Source: Cenococcum geophilum | Lineage: Eukaryota | Direction: 5' to 3' | DNA: 64,000 bases | NCBI GenBank assembly: GCA_050273025.1 | Contig: CP158635.1 | Span: forward strand, 16,864,001 to 16,928,000 | Part shown: positions 51,601 through 62,372 of the stretch, one piece after another | Position numbering within the stretch: the stretch's first letter is position 1 | Layout of the letters: each line of letters starts with the position of its first letter | The notes under the pieces: generated by a model | The model's input: only the letters and a program-made list of their open reading frames with translations | Told to the model about the DNA's origin: nothing | Database searches by the model: none | Program-made: the position numbers and the translations under genes

Positions 51601-53836
51601 TAAAGAAGTGTTTGTAAGATATAGAGCACTAAGTAAAATTATATCGGATAGAGATCTAAGATTCGTAGCAGTATTCTAAAAAGTATTCTTAGCGGAGTAA
51701 GGAGTTTAAGTAGTAACTTCTACTATATACCATTTGCAGACAGACGGTCAAACAGAAAGATTAAATTAGACGCTAAAATAGTATCTAAGGCATTATATTA
51801 ATTATGCATAGAATAATTAGGTATCACTATTACCAGTTATATAGTTTATATATAATATAATACCTTAAAAAGGAATAGGCATATTACTATTTAAGGCAAA
51901 TTACGGATATAAGCTAAGAATATCGTTATTACTACAGTAAGCGAAGAAAATAAGTAGTACAGCTAAAGAAAGAATAAAGATATTAATAAATCTTTATATA
52001 GACCTTATAGAATTAGTAAAAAAAGTATAAGAGAGAATAAAAAAGTACTATAATGCTAAGAGATCTAAGGGACCAGATCTTAAGGAGGGAGATAAAGTGT
52101 GGCTACTATACAAAAATTTTAAGAGTTAATAATTAAGTAAGAAGTTGGACCATATTAAACTAGGACCTTTTAAAATTACATAAAAGATTTTACCGGTTAC
52201 GTTTAAGTTAAACCTACTAGCTAAAATAAAGATCTACCCTATATAGTATATCGTAATGCTAGAGCCAGTATATAGGAATATTAAGCCACTGGTTTATAAA
52301 GTAGACATATATAAAGGATAAAAAGAAGACAAATGGTAAGTATTAAAGATCGTTAATTATAAGGACATTAACGACGAAATATAGTATAAGGTTAAGTAGA
52401 TAGGCTATACTAAGACTACCTAGGAGCTACTAGAGAATTTAAAGAACGCTATAGAAAAGGTATAGAAGTATTAGAAGAGATTAGGTCAGGCAGCATTAAT
52501 AAAGAAGGATCGCTAAAAAATAAGTCACCTAAGGGGGACCTAAGAAGAGTAGTTACTAAGCTACTCGGATCTATTTCCTTCTCTATTAGAAAAGAATCTA
52601 TTCTTTTATTACCTAGTTCCTAAAGACCTTATTAAATAAGCTTCCACTCCTTTAAATAAACTTTCTTATAGATACGTTCTAAACGCTAAAGACGAGCATA
52701 AGCTAGATGCTAAGCTTTAAGAACACGTGCGGACTCTTCTAAGGCATATTAAACCTTAAGCAGCGCAGAGGCTAATTGTGACGGCTCGAACCATCGAACA
52801 AATGTCTCGACAGAGACTTGAACGAATGCTTGCAAGATCAAGCGAACGAATGCTGTATTACGAAGATATTAAGCTAAGGAGCAAGAGAAGGTGGTGAGGC
52901 CACGTCTATATACACACGCCAAGTCTTAAGCGAACCCCTGACTAGGTGACGCGCTCCAGCGCCGTCACACTAATTTACCGTTAAGTTTCGCAGTAATAGA
53001 TTAAACATGAGACCCTATAATAAATTACTTAGGGAACTTAAAGACTATTAAGAGTAATAGGATATATATACTTAATATTAGACGTAGAACGAACGTTATA
53101 TAATAAACGTATATTAATACAAGTGCATTTAAAACAAGAGGAAGGTTAGTGACTAGAGGGACTCGCAATCGTAATATAACTTAACCCCTCTTTTGCACAA
53201 CAAGAGTAAGGTATTACTATTACTTTACCTAGTAATAGTATTAAAGAGACAGTATAAAGGCGACGCTTAACCCAAGAGAGAAAAGAAATTGCTTTAGGTA
53301 TAATAAGCAATAATATTAACTAAATTAATTAGACGGATATTATACCTCTAGTAAACAACCTAGAGATGCTAGGTATCTTTAAGGACAAAGATAAAGAGGA
53401 GGGAGATGGTGTTACGGACGCTTTAAGTATAATATTACGACTACTTAAAGAAGAGACGGAAGAAGCTAGTTAGTTAATTTAGGCACGGTCCAGAATAGAG
53501 CCAATAAAACTATATAATAAGGAATAGTAACTAAGGTCATATAATAGTTAAACGTATTAGCTGCGTTAAACGTAAGGGACGTCACGTTTAATATAGATAA
53601 GGCGTATATTACGTACAAGAAGGATTTTATAGGAGTATGGTTGTGTATTTAAGGACCCTTAGTCCCTACCTAGATAGTTCCTTCCTTATAGTAATTCTTA
53701 GAATACAATTAGAGTTAATCTATTAGGCAACCACTCCACCAGTTATTATTACGTTGTTGACTTTTATACTTGCATTTCCTACACACCTAGCCCAATAACG
53801 AGCCTATCGTAGTTCTTGCTACAAGGTTCCGTTATA
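45681..53836 (+). mobile_element. E5: full-length subfamily-A Gypsy inserted in the E6 cargo ORF
   Basis: 427-bp LTRs 45681-46107 and 53410-53836; TSD TACTT; gag-pol ~46152-52516. Confidence 0.97.
52777..52969. mobile_element. Solo LTR (193 bp), little RIP
   Basis: Perfect 9-bp inverted termini TGTGACGGC/GCCGTCACA; TSD CTAAT. Confidence 0.93.
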
Positions 53837-56800
53837 TACTTAACTAGCTTCCTTGTTCTAAATAAGGACCTACCGCTAAGAAGTAGGAGACTAACTACTA
53901 TGGGACTAGAGGTCATTAATATTGGAATTAGATAAGTAGGAGAGAGCTTAGCTCTTATACTATAAATATATCTATAATATGCTTCTAACGTAATAAATCC
54001 CTTAGCCTTTTAGCTATTAACACCTATTTAAGGAGGAGGCGTTAGTATTATGCTAAGTCTGTCCTAATAAGGATTACCTATATTAGTTAACTCGCCCTTA
54101 TTATCTATAAATAAGAGTATTCTTACAGCTAAAACGCCTATTGGCTCGCCCTTGTAGCTGCTAGTATCTTTATTAAAAAGGAATCTAAGAAGAGGGCTAA
54201 TAATTACTTACCTAGAAGTAGGAGGGCTAGGAGTAGAATTAATATTTAATAAAAACGTTATTAAGCTGGGAGATAATAAGGAGTATATTAAGGAGGCCGT
54301 AGATATTATAGCGATACTCTGCGCAAAATAAGGGTGTGACTATAAGGATAATATGCCCGCTTATCTTAAGGTGTCCCTAAACCGAACTACTAAAATTAAA
54401 CTAACTAAGGTTATAAAGCTCTTACGTAGTTAGTATAGGGTAGCTAGTTCTAATCTAGAGATATATAAGGTTTTCTAGATGTATATATAAGCTATAGGAG
54501 GACGTATAGGTTTAGTAATAAAGGGTCTAAACTATACCGTACTATGTTATAGATTCCGTTTAATATATTACGCTTATAACTACCTTAGCACTATAAAGAC
54601 CGATCCTACTACGTACTCTTAATTTAGAAAGGCTTATAGACCTCTAGTTTTATCTAATTCCTTAGGACCGTATAAATTTATTTATAACTTAACGCTAAGG
54701 TTTTTATATAATAGAGAGGCTTTGCTTAATTAGATAATGTTACTAAAAGACTAAGAAGTGTAGCAGCGAGAAAGATCTATAATTTTAAATGTATTTAGAT
54801 AGTGGTGGGATTCTAGTATCTTGGCAATAATTAATAAGGAAATGCGTATATACCGCCACCATTAGTATCTAATTAATAGGCGGCCAAATTATAGCTAGTT
54901 AAGAATAATAGTTTACGGTCTTTACTAACAGCTAATAAAATAAGACCCTTAGTATTATTATCTTTATTGCGCTCTTAGACCTAATAGCTAGTAGCAACTT
55001 ATTTCCTACCCTTATTATACAAAATTCGCGGTTAAAGGAGACTCTATAGCTTTCCGTTATATTAACATTAATATTTCCTTACTCCTTAAAAGTGAACGCG
55101 GTGCTAATATAATCTAAAGGAGCGTTTCTCTAGATAATAAGACTAAGGATAACTGCACAATTATCCTACCCGGTATGTATTACTACCTAGAATTATAGTA
55201 GGAGGATCTTAAGGCGTAAAGATTAACTAAGGGTAATAGATTTGTTTATAAGATCTTTAACTAAAACTGGACTACTAAAGACGTAGAAAAGTATGTAACT
55301 AACTAGGTAGCTTAGCTATATAAGAAAGGAGATATACGTATAACTATACCTTACCTTCCTTATAGAGTGAAAGGACCTTTAACTAGAACCCGGCGAATAA
55401 TGCTACTATAGTTTATTAGTATTTAGGACGATTATAATAACCTTAAGGTTACTAAAGGAGGTACTTGGGCAGAGTTGGTAGATACGTACTAAGACTTAAG
55501 AGCGCCGCCTTATACGCCGTTTAGATATATCAATCTCTACGGCGCGATTTTATATCGCTTCCCTATAGCAGTTAAGCTTATAGCTGCTAGCGCTTTATTT
55601 AACGCCCTTTTTAGTAAATAACGATAGGATTCTCTAGCGGTAATTTAAGATTGCGATTTTTTTCTTAATAGCAACGGGAACGAAGTTAGGAAATAGATGC
55701 ATTCCTACTGTCTTAGGGCCGTTAAGAATTATAAAGATACGTTTAAGCTAATACGTGGGACTAAAATGGAGCGCTTTAAAAGCCGCTTATACTTCTACTG
55801 CGTTAATAATGGAATTAATCCTTTAACTGTTGCGGTAGATCTAAGTAAAGTACCCCTAATTATTGCAGAAGGATAGAGTTATATAGAGTTGCCTAAAGAG
55901 TTGTGGGACAGAACTAAGCAAATGGAAGGACGTAAAAGAGCTATATTATCCGAGAGCCGCTAGTCTAATATATCTTATACTACCTAGCCAGGCGGATAAG
56001 AATAGTCTCGTTTAACTAGAACGGAGTCTCTTTATTTACTATTTCGGGTTTGTAGTAAAGGTAAGGAACGTATATAATTACCTACCGCGCCTTTGTTTCG
56101 AAGATAAGGAGTTTTAGAGTTTTAGAAGTCGTTAGGGGACAATAACTTAGGTGGGGGAGGTATGTGGTAGTGTAATTTGGCCCCCTAAATTTAATATTTA
56201 AATTAGGCGTAGCTTCGGGAGAGCCTAGGTCTTCTATAAGTTATATAGATTGGTCTAAAGCCCTTAGAGTCTTTAACAACTTGGATAAAACCAATAGATA
56301 TACAATTTTCCTTTAATATACTCTTTTCTTTCTCTTCTTACTGCTTAATTCTAACTGATGGTGACTGACTAATAGACTGACCGACCGACTGACAGACAGC
56401 ACTGAGACTTTCTTATCTTAGAGAGGTCGTACCCTCCTATACTATAGGTATAGGGAGATAAATAGAAGAAGCTGTTCTAGAAACTTAAAGAGTTATTTAC
56501 CTAAGAATTAATTCTTAAAATTTATTAACTAGGACTAGATACGGTTATAGAAACGGATATATTAGACTTTATACTAAAAGTATATTTACTATAGAAATAC
56601 GGAAACGCATAGCATCTAGTAGTATACTATAGTTAGAAAATAACACTACTAGAGTTAAACTATAACATCTATAATAAGGAGTTATTAGGTATAGTTACAG
56701 TACTTAAGAAATAAAAAGTATTCTTATAAGGTGTAGAAAAACTATTTATAGTTAAAACGGATTATAAGAACCTAATGGGGTTTCTAATAATAAAAGAACT

Positions 56801-59800
56801 TAATTATAGATAAGTTAAATAGGTAGAAATGCTTATAGAATACTATTTTAAGATTTAGTATACTAAAGGAACTAAGAATATAAGGGCAGACGCACTTAGT
56901 AAAAAGGCTAAACTATTAGAAGTAATACTACGTAAAGATAAAGATACATTAATTTAGTATAATTACCCTAAGCTAGTAATAACCTAAGAGGATAATAAAC
57001 TAGAAAAATCTATAAGACACTAGAGAGCTTTTAAGTATAAAGGATTTTAGAAATATAGCTAGAAGATTTATAGGTAGATATATATAAAAATTAAGAAGCA
57101 AAGTATATCCTAAAAAGTATAGCGGAGTATTTTATAGAAGATTTCTATAAGGGAATAACTCAAGGACATAATAGGGTAATAGGCCTAGTATTAAGACTTT
57201 AGGAAGAATATATTATTAACGGAATCTAGGGTATAGCTAAAAAAAAGTAATAAAAGAGTATTTAGATTACTAAAGGAATAAACTAATAAGGTATAAGCTA
57301 TATAGAGGGCTATAACCTATTAAAACACTAAAGAGACTATGGGAGGTTATATTATAGGACTTTATTATTAAGTTACTAAAGTTAAGAGATCCTATTACTG
57401 GATAAGAATATAATGTAATTTTAGTAATAGTGAATAAGTTAACTAAATAGGGCTACTTTATAGCATATATAGAAGAAATCTAGTAGAAGATGTTGTTAGA
57501 ATCTATATTAAGGATATATTAAGGAAGTATTTATAAGATATAAAGTACTAAGTAAGATTATATTAGATAGAGATCTAAGATTTATAGTAGTATTTTAGGA
57601 GGTATTTTTAGCGGAATAAGGAGTTAGAGTAGCAACTTTTACTATATATTACCTATAAACAAATAGTTAAATAGAAAGATTAAATTAGACGCTAGAACAG
57701 TATCTAAAATATTATATTAATTATATATAGAATAATTGGGTATCGCTATTACTAGTTATATAGTTTATATATAATATAACACTATAAGAAGGAATAGGCA
57801 TATTATTATTTAAGGCAAATTATGGATATAAGCTAAGAACATTATTATTACTATAGTAAATAAAGAAAGAATAAAGATATTAATAAATCTTTATATAGAC
57901 CTTATAAAATTAGTAAAGAAAGTATAAAAGAGAATAAAAAGGTATTATAATGCTAAGAGATCTAAGGGACTAGATCTTAAGGAGGGAGATAAAGTATAGC
58001 TACTACACAAAAATTTTAAAAGTTAATAACTAAGTAAGAAGTTGAACTATATTAGACTAAGACCTTTTAAAATTATATAGAGGATTTTACTAGTTATATT
58101 TAAGTTAAATCTACTAGGTAAAATAAAGATCTACCTTATATAGTATATTATAATACTAGAGCTAATATACAGGAATATTGTTATAGGACACCCCCGTAAT
58201 ACCTTATACACGTCTACCTATTTCTACTAACTTAGCAACCAGAGACTAACTACAAGATAGTAATCTAATAGCAATCCACGGTAATCTGACGGCAACTTAT
58301 TACATTCTACTATATTCTACTAAGTTTTACTAAGTTCCACCAAACCCTGCTAAGTTCTACCAGGACTACCACCTAAATCCTATTCTACTCCGTGTACGTA
58401 TTAACTAAGCAACTAAGTCTATAATATATACCCTTTCTTCCTATTTTCCTACCTTCTTTTCTTATATAATGTCTTAACTTCTTATATAGTTTATATATAT
58501 AGCTTAATAATATCTACCTTGCTATATATTATCGCCGCTTATAACTTACTCTGTAATACTATGTTGCGTTAACTTTATATACTACCTCCGAAATGTAGAA
58601 TAACCCTAAAGCCTCTATAACGGCCGCCAGTATTATATCCGCACTTTAAGAATAACTGGCAGAAATATAGAAGTTTTTTATAGACACCCTCGCATAAAAC
58701 TAAGCCACTTTAAATTAATAATAAGCCGAATAAAAACCACGACATTAGTAATTAATTAAAGACCTTTAAGAAGAAATCCGTATACTTAAGACGCCTACGT
58801 TAGGGCCTTAAGACTAAATACTATCTCTAGAGATAAATACGCGGAATATAAGCCCTAAACCTATAGCAGCTGTCTACCTTAAACTAACTACTATATTAAA
58901 ACGATCTAAATGACTACTAAATCCCCTAGTATTTACTAGTAAATAATAAGAACTCTAATTATTTCTAAGCTAGCTTAAAAATAAGCTAACTAGTAATGCT
59001 AACTGTTACCTAACCGAAGCTAACCAACTCTATTACGCACTAAGTTAACTAGGAGGAAAGGCAGCCAACCTTATTAAACCTTTTTTGCCAACCTTAGTAT
59101 AAAGCCTAGTTGTACTTCTTAAAGCCTTATACGGTAACCTAAACCGCTAAGCTACTACTTAGAGAAAAATAAACTATATAGCTTAAGGAACAAAAAGTTT
59201 CCCAGTATACTTCTCCAAATTTAACCGTTATGTAAGGGAAATAGGCTAGAACGACTCCGCACTAATTAATAGCCTTATTAAATCTTTAAGCCCTAAACTA
59301 AAAACCTCCCTAATGGGTGTAGACCTACCGGGAGCCCTTAATGCCTGCGTAAACGTCATTAATAAACGGTATAATAATATACTATGCCTAATACCAAAGC
59401 CCGCCCCCTAATATAATACGGCAACCCTATAAATATCTACTAAGTTATTATCTTAGCCTAAGTACCCTAACGCTATAGATATTGACACTAAAACCCTAAA
59501 GTATGCCCTACTAGGGTCCCCTAAATAAGAAAGACGCATTAAGCTAGGCCTTTACTTTAAGTGCGGAAGTAAGGACTATATCTTAAAATACTATCTTATC
59601 CCCTTACCTACGCCCCGAAACGATTTATAAACGGCTAATACTAGCAACCGTTTACCGTATTAATCTTTTAGTTACCGCCCCTAATCTTTACCTAGTTCTA
59701 ACCTTATGTTTAATAAGCACTACTTATAAGGGTAAAGCTATAACCGACGTTCTATAGGAACCCCTTTCCGCTTACCACTAAAAGGCATATCTTAAAGTTA

Positions 59801-60759
59801 AGTCACTCTCTAGAACGGCTCTGCCTTAGGATTTCATTAAATGCTTTAGATGTCACGAACTCTAACTTTTAGGATTATAGTATAACCGTTAACTATTGTC
59901 TTTAGTAGAATATTTAATAGGTTAATGCTTAAGTCCTAATTAATATAGGAGCTAGTGGCATAGGATTTATTAACAAGATCTTTACGTAAGATAATAGTTT
60001 TACCCTAACCCCCCTTAACCGGCATATTAACGTATTTGGATTTAATGGCAAATATATAATCTTAGGCCGAATTACCTACGTAGTATACCTAAGACTCTAA
60101 TACCTAAACCACGAAGAACTAATTAAGCTTTTTGTTACTACCTTAGGTTATTTAGTAATCCTTAGATAACCCTAAATAAAGCTATATAAGGTAACTATTA
60201 ATTAGGACAACCTTAAGCTTTTATTTACCGCCTCCTGTTATAAGTAGAAGTGCCTTATAATATATCGCCCTAACCCTAAACTAAAATCTAGGAAATCTAC
60301 TAAAATCTATTAGCCTAAGATTTCTACTAATGTCCACCCTACGCCTAAAGAATTTACCAGATTTTACTAACCTAGGAATTCTACCGAATTCTACCGACGT
60401 AAGATTTCTACTAATATCTATTAAGGATCTAAAAATTCTACTAAACCCTACAAACAGACCCTAAGTACTACACCGCCCCAAACTAAGTAAAATCTTTAAG
60501 CTTAGTATACAAAACTACTAGAAGAACTAGTACCCTATAACAAAAAGAATACTTAAAGAACCTAAACCTAAATCTAATATTAACTCTATACCTAATACTA
60601 AACCTAAAATCGAATAAGGAACTATATAAGAAACTATAGATAACTAGAGCCCGCTTAACGCCCTAGATATCCACATAATTAGAGCTACCCCATCGGGAAA
60701 ATATTCGCAGGATGAGATTTAAGTAGACTTTAATTTTCGCGTTTCGCGTCATTAACATG

Positions 60760-61032
60760 CAATTTAACCAACTCGACACGCAATTAACCAACTTGACACG
60801 CATTTGACTAACTTAACACGTAATTCAACTAACTTAACACGCAATTGACTAACTTAACACGCAATTTAACCAACTTAATACGCAATTAACCAACTTAACA
60901 CGCAATTCGACCAACTTAATACGCAATTGACCAACTTAATACGCAATTTGACCAACTTAATACGCAATTAACTAACTTAACACGCAATTTAACCAACTTA
61001 ACACGCAATTAACACGCAATTGACTAACTTAA
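60760..61032. repeat. 19-20 bp tandem array ACGCAATT(T)GACCAACTTAAC
   Basis: More than a dozen visible units. Confidence 0.92.
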
Positions 61033-61194
61033 TATATTTAAAAGTTAAATAATACGCAGTTAACCTACTTAGCAACTTTAAAAGGTAACTGTATATTTCT
61101 TAACATGTAATTAAGGTAAAGTTATATACTATATATTTAACTATTATATATTATCTAATATAATCTTATACAATCTTATATAGTCTTATTACTT

Positions 61195-61601
61195 AGAGGC
61201 TCTGCACAAGGCTCTGCACGAGGCTCTACACGAAGCTCTACACGAAGCTCTGCGTACAGAGGCTCTGCACGAAGCTCTGCGCATAGAGGCTCTGCACGAA
61301 GCTCTGCGCATAGAGGCTCTGCACGAAGCTCTGCACGAAGCTCTGCACGAAGCTCTACGTACAGAGGCTCTGCACGAGGCTCTGCGCGAGGCTCTGCGTA
61401 CGGAGGCTCTGCACGAAGCTCTGCACGAAGCTCTGCACGAGGCTCTGCGCGAAGCTCTGCATACGGAGGCTCTACACGAAGCTCTACACGAAGCTCTACA
61501 CGAAGCTCTATACGAAGCTCTACGTACAGAGGCTCTGCACAAGGCTCTGCGCGAAGCTCTGCGTGAAGCTCTGCGTACGGAGGCTCTACACGAAGCTCTG
61601 C
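61195..61601. repeat. 12/16-bp tandem array GAAGCTCTGCAC / GAAGCTCTGCGTACGG
   Basis: Visible periodicity; produces the spurious RASC ORF. Confidence 0.95.
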
Positions 61602-61739
61602 ATCGGGTCCCCGCTATATTCCCAATAGCGTCTACACGTGTCTCTGCCTATGTAGCCGCCTTATTTTTTACCCTTCCTTCCTTCCTTACATCCTCCCTAC
61701 CTAGGGAGGCACTAGAACGGCAGCCAGCAGAGGACCGTT

Positions 61740-61920
61740 GCTAGAACTAGATGACTATCGCTAGAATCAGACGACCGTCGCCAGAACCAGACGACCGTTA
61801 CCAGAACCAGACGACCGTTACCAGAACCAGACGACCGTCGCCAGAGCCAGACGACCGTCGCCAGAACCAGACGACCGTCGCCAGAACCAGACGACTATCG
61901 CCAGAGCCAGACGACAACGA
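61740..61920. repeat. 20-bp tandem array CCAGAACCAGACGACCGTCG
   Basis: About 9 head-to-tail units, no spacers. Confidence 0.95.
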
Positions 61921-61969
61921 CTAGCCAGCGAACACTATAAACGATTCGATCGATTGATCGAATCAAGGT

Positions 61970-62372
61970 AGCACAGACAGGTAGGCATAAACAGGGAGAT
62001 ACTAACGGGTAGGCAGATGCAGACAGGTAGGCAGATACAGACAGGTAAGTAGATACAAACAGGCAAGCAAATGTAAACAAGTAGGTAGATATAGATAGGT
62101 AAGTAGATATAGATAGGTAAGTAGATATAGATAGGTAAGTAGATATAGACAGGTAGGCAGATATAGATAGGTAAGTAGATGCAGACAGGCAAGTAGATAT
62201 AGATAGATAGGCGATATAGACGGGTAGGCAATGCAAATAGGTAGGTAGATATAGACAGGTAAGTAGATGCAGATAGGCAAGTAGATATAGATAGGTAGGC
62301 AATGTAGACAGGTAGGCAATGTAGACAAGTAGGCAATGTAGGCAGGTAGGTAAGTTAATAGGTAGATAGGTA
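61970..62372. repeat. 17-18 bp tandem array GTAGGCAGATGCAGACAG with RIP variants
   Basis: Visible periodicity; produces three spurious minus-strand ORFs. Confidence 0.92.

Larger units (their letters stand above)
45094..56078 (+). pseudogene. E6 cargo ORF (~940 codons; 45094-45680 + 53842-56078), C-terminal putative 2OG-Fe(II)/PhyH-like dioxygenase
   Basis: Single frame maintained across the E5 insertion; stops are RIP-type; de-RIP motifs FRHID, IQGSVSL, LPGMH, GDIRIT..HLPHG, TRR. Confidence 0.65.
29786..56441 (+). mobile_element. E6: ~10.6-kb (after removing E4 and E5) Ylt1-like Gypsy element with an extra 3' ORF
   Basis: 279-bp LTRs (29786-29839 + 37716-37940; 56163-56441) containing GACT repeats; 4-bp TSD CTAT; PPT AGGTGGGGGAGG. 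Confidence 0.92.
25144..58178 (+). mobile_element. E3: subfamily-B Gypsy split by nested insertions (own sequence 25144-29785 and 56446-58178)
   Basis: 5' LTR 25144-25511; pol breaks at GAGGAACTAT and resumes in frame at 56446; cut again by E7 just before the chromodomain; 3' LTR not in window. Confidence 0.93.

Noticed and set aside
1391..58178. Possible stop-codon reassignment (TAA/TAG read-through)
   Set aside because: Stops fall at Gln/Trp positions, vary between copies, and accompany sequence-wide C->T/G->A changes, as expected from RIP.
60760..61920. CRISPR-like appearance of the regular repeats
   Set aside because: Units are head-to-tail with no unique spacers, there are no cas genes, and the context is eukaryotic.
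61189..62336. ORF-track proteins RASC-repeat and LPTYL/YLSIST-repeat
   Set aside because: They are translations of minisatellites, open in several frames at once, inside a non-coding TIR element.
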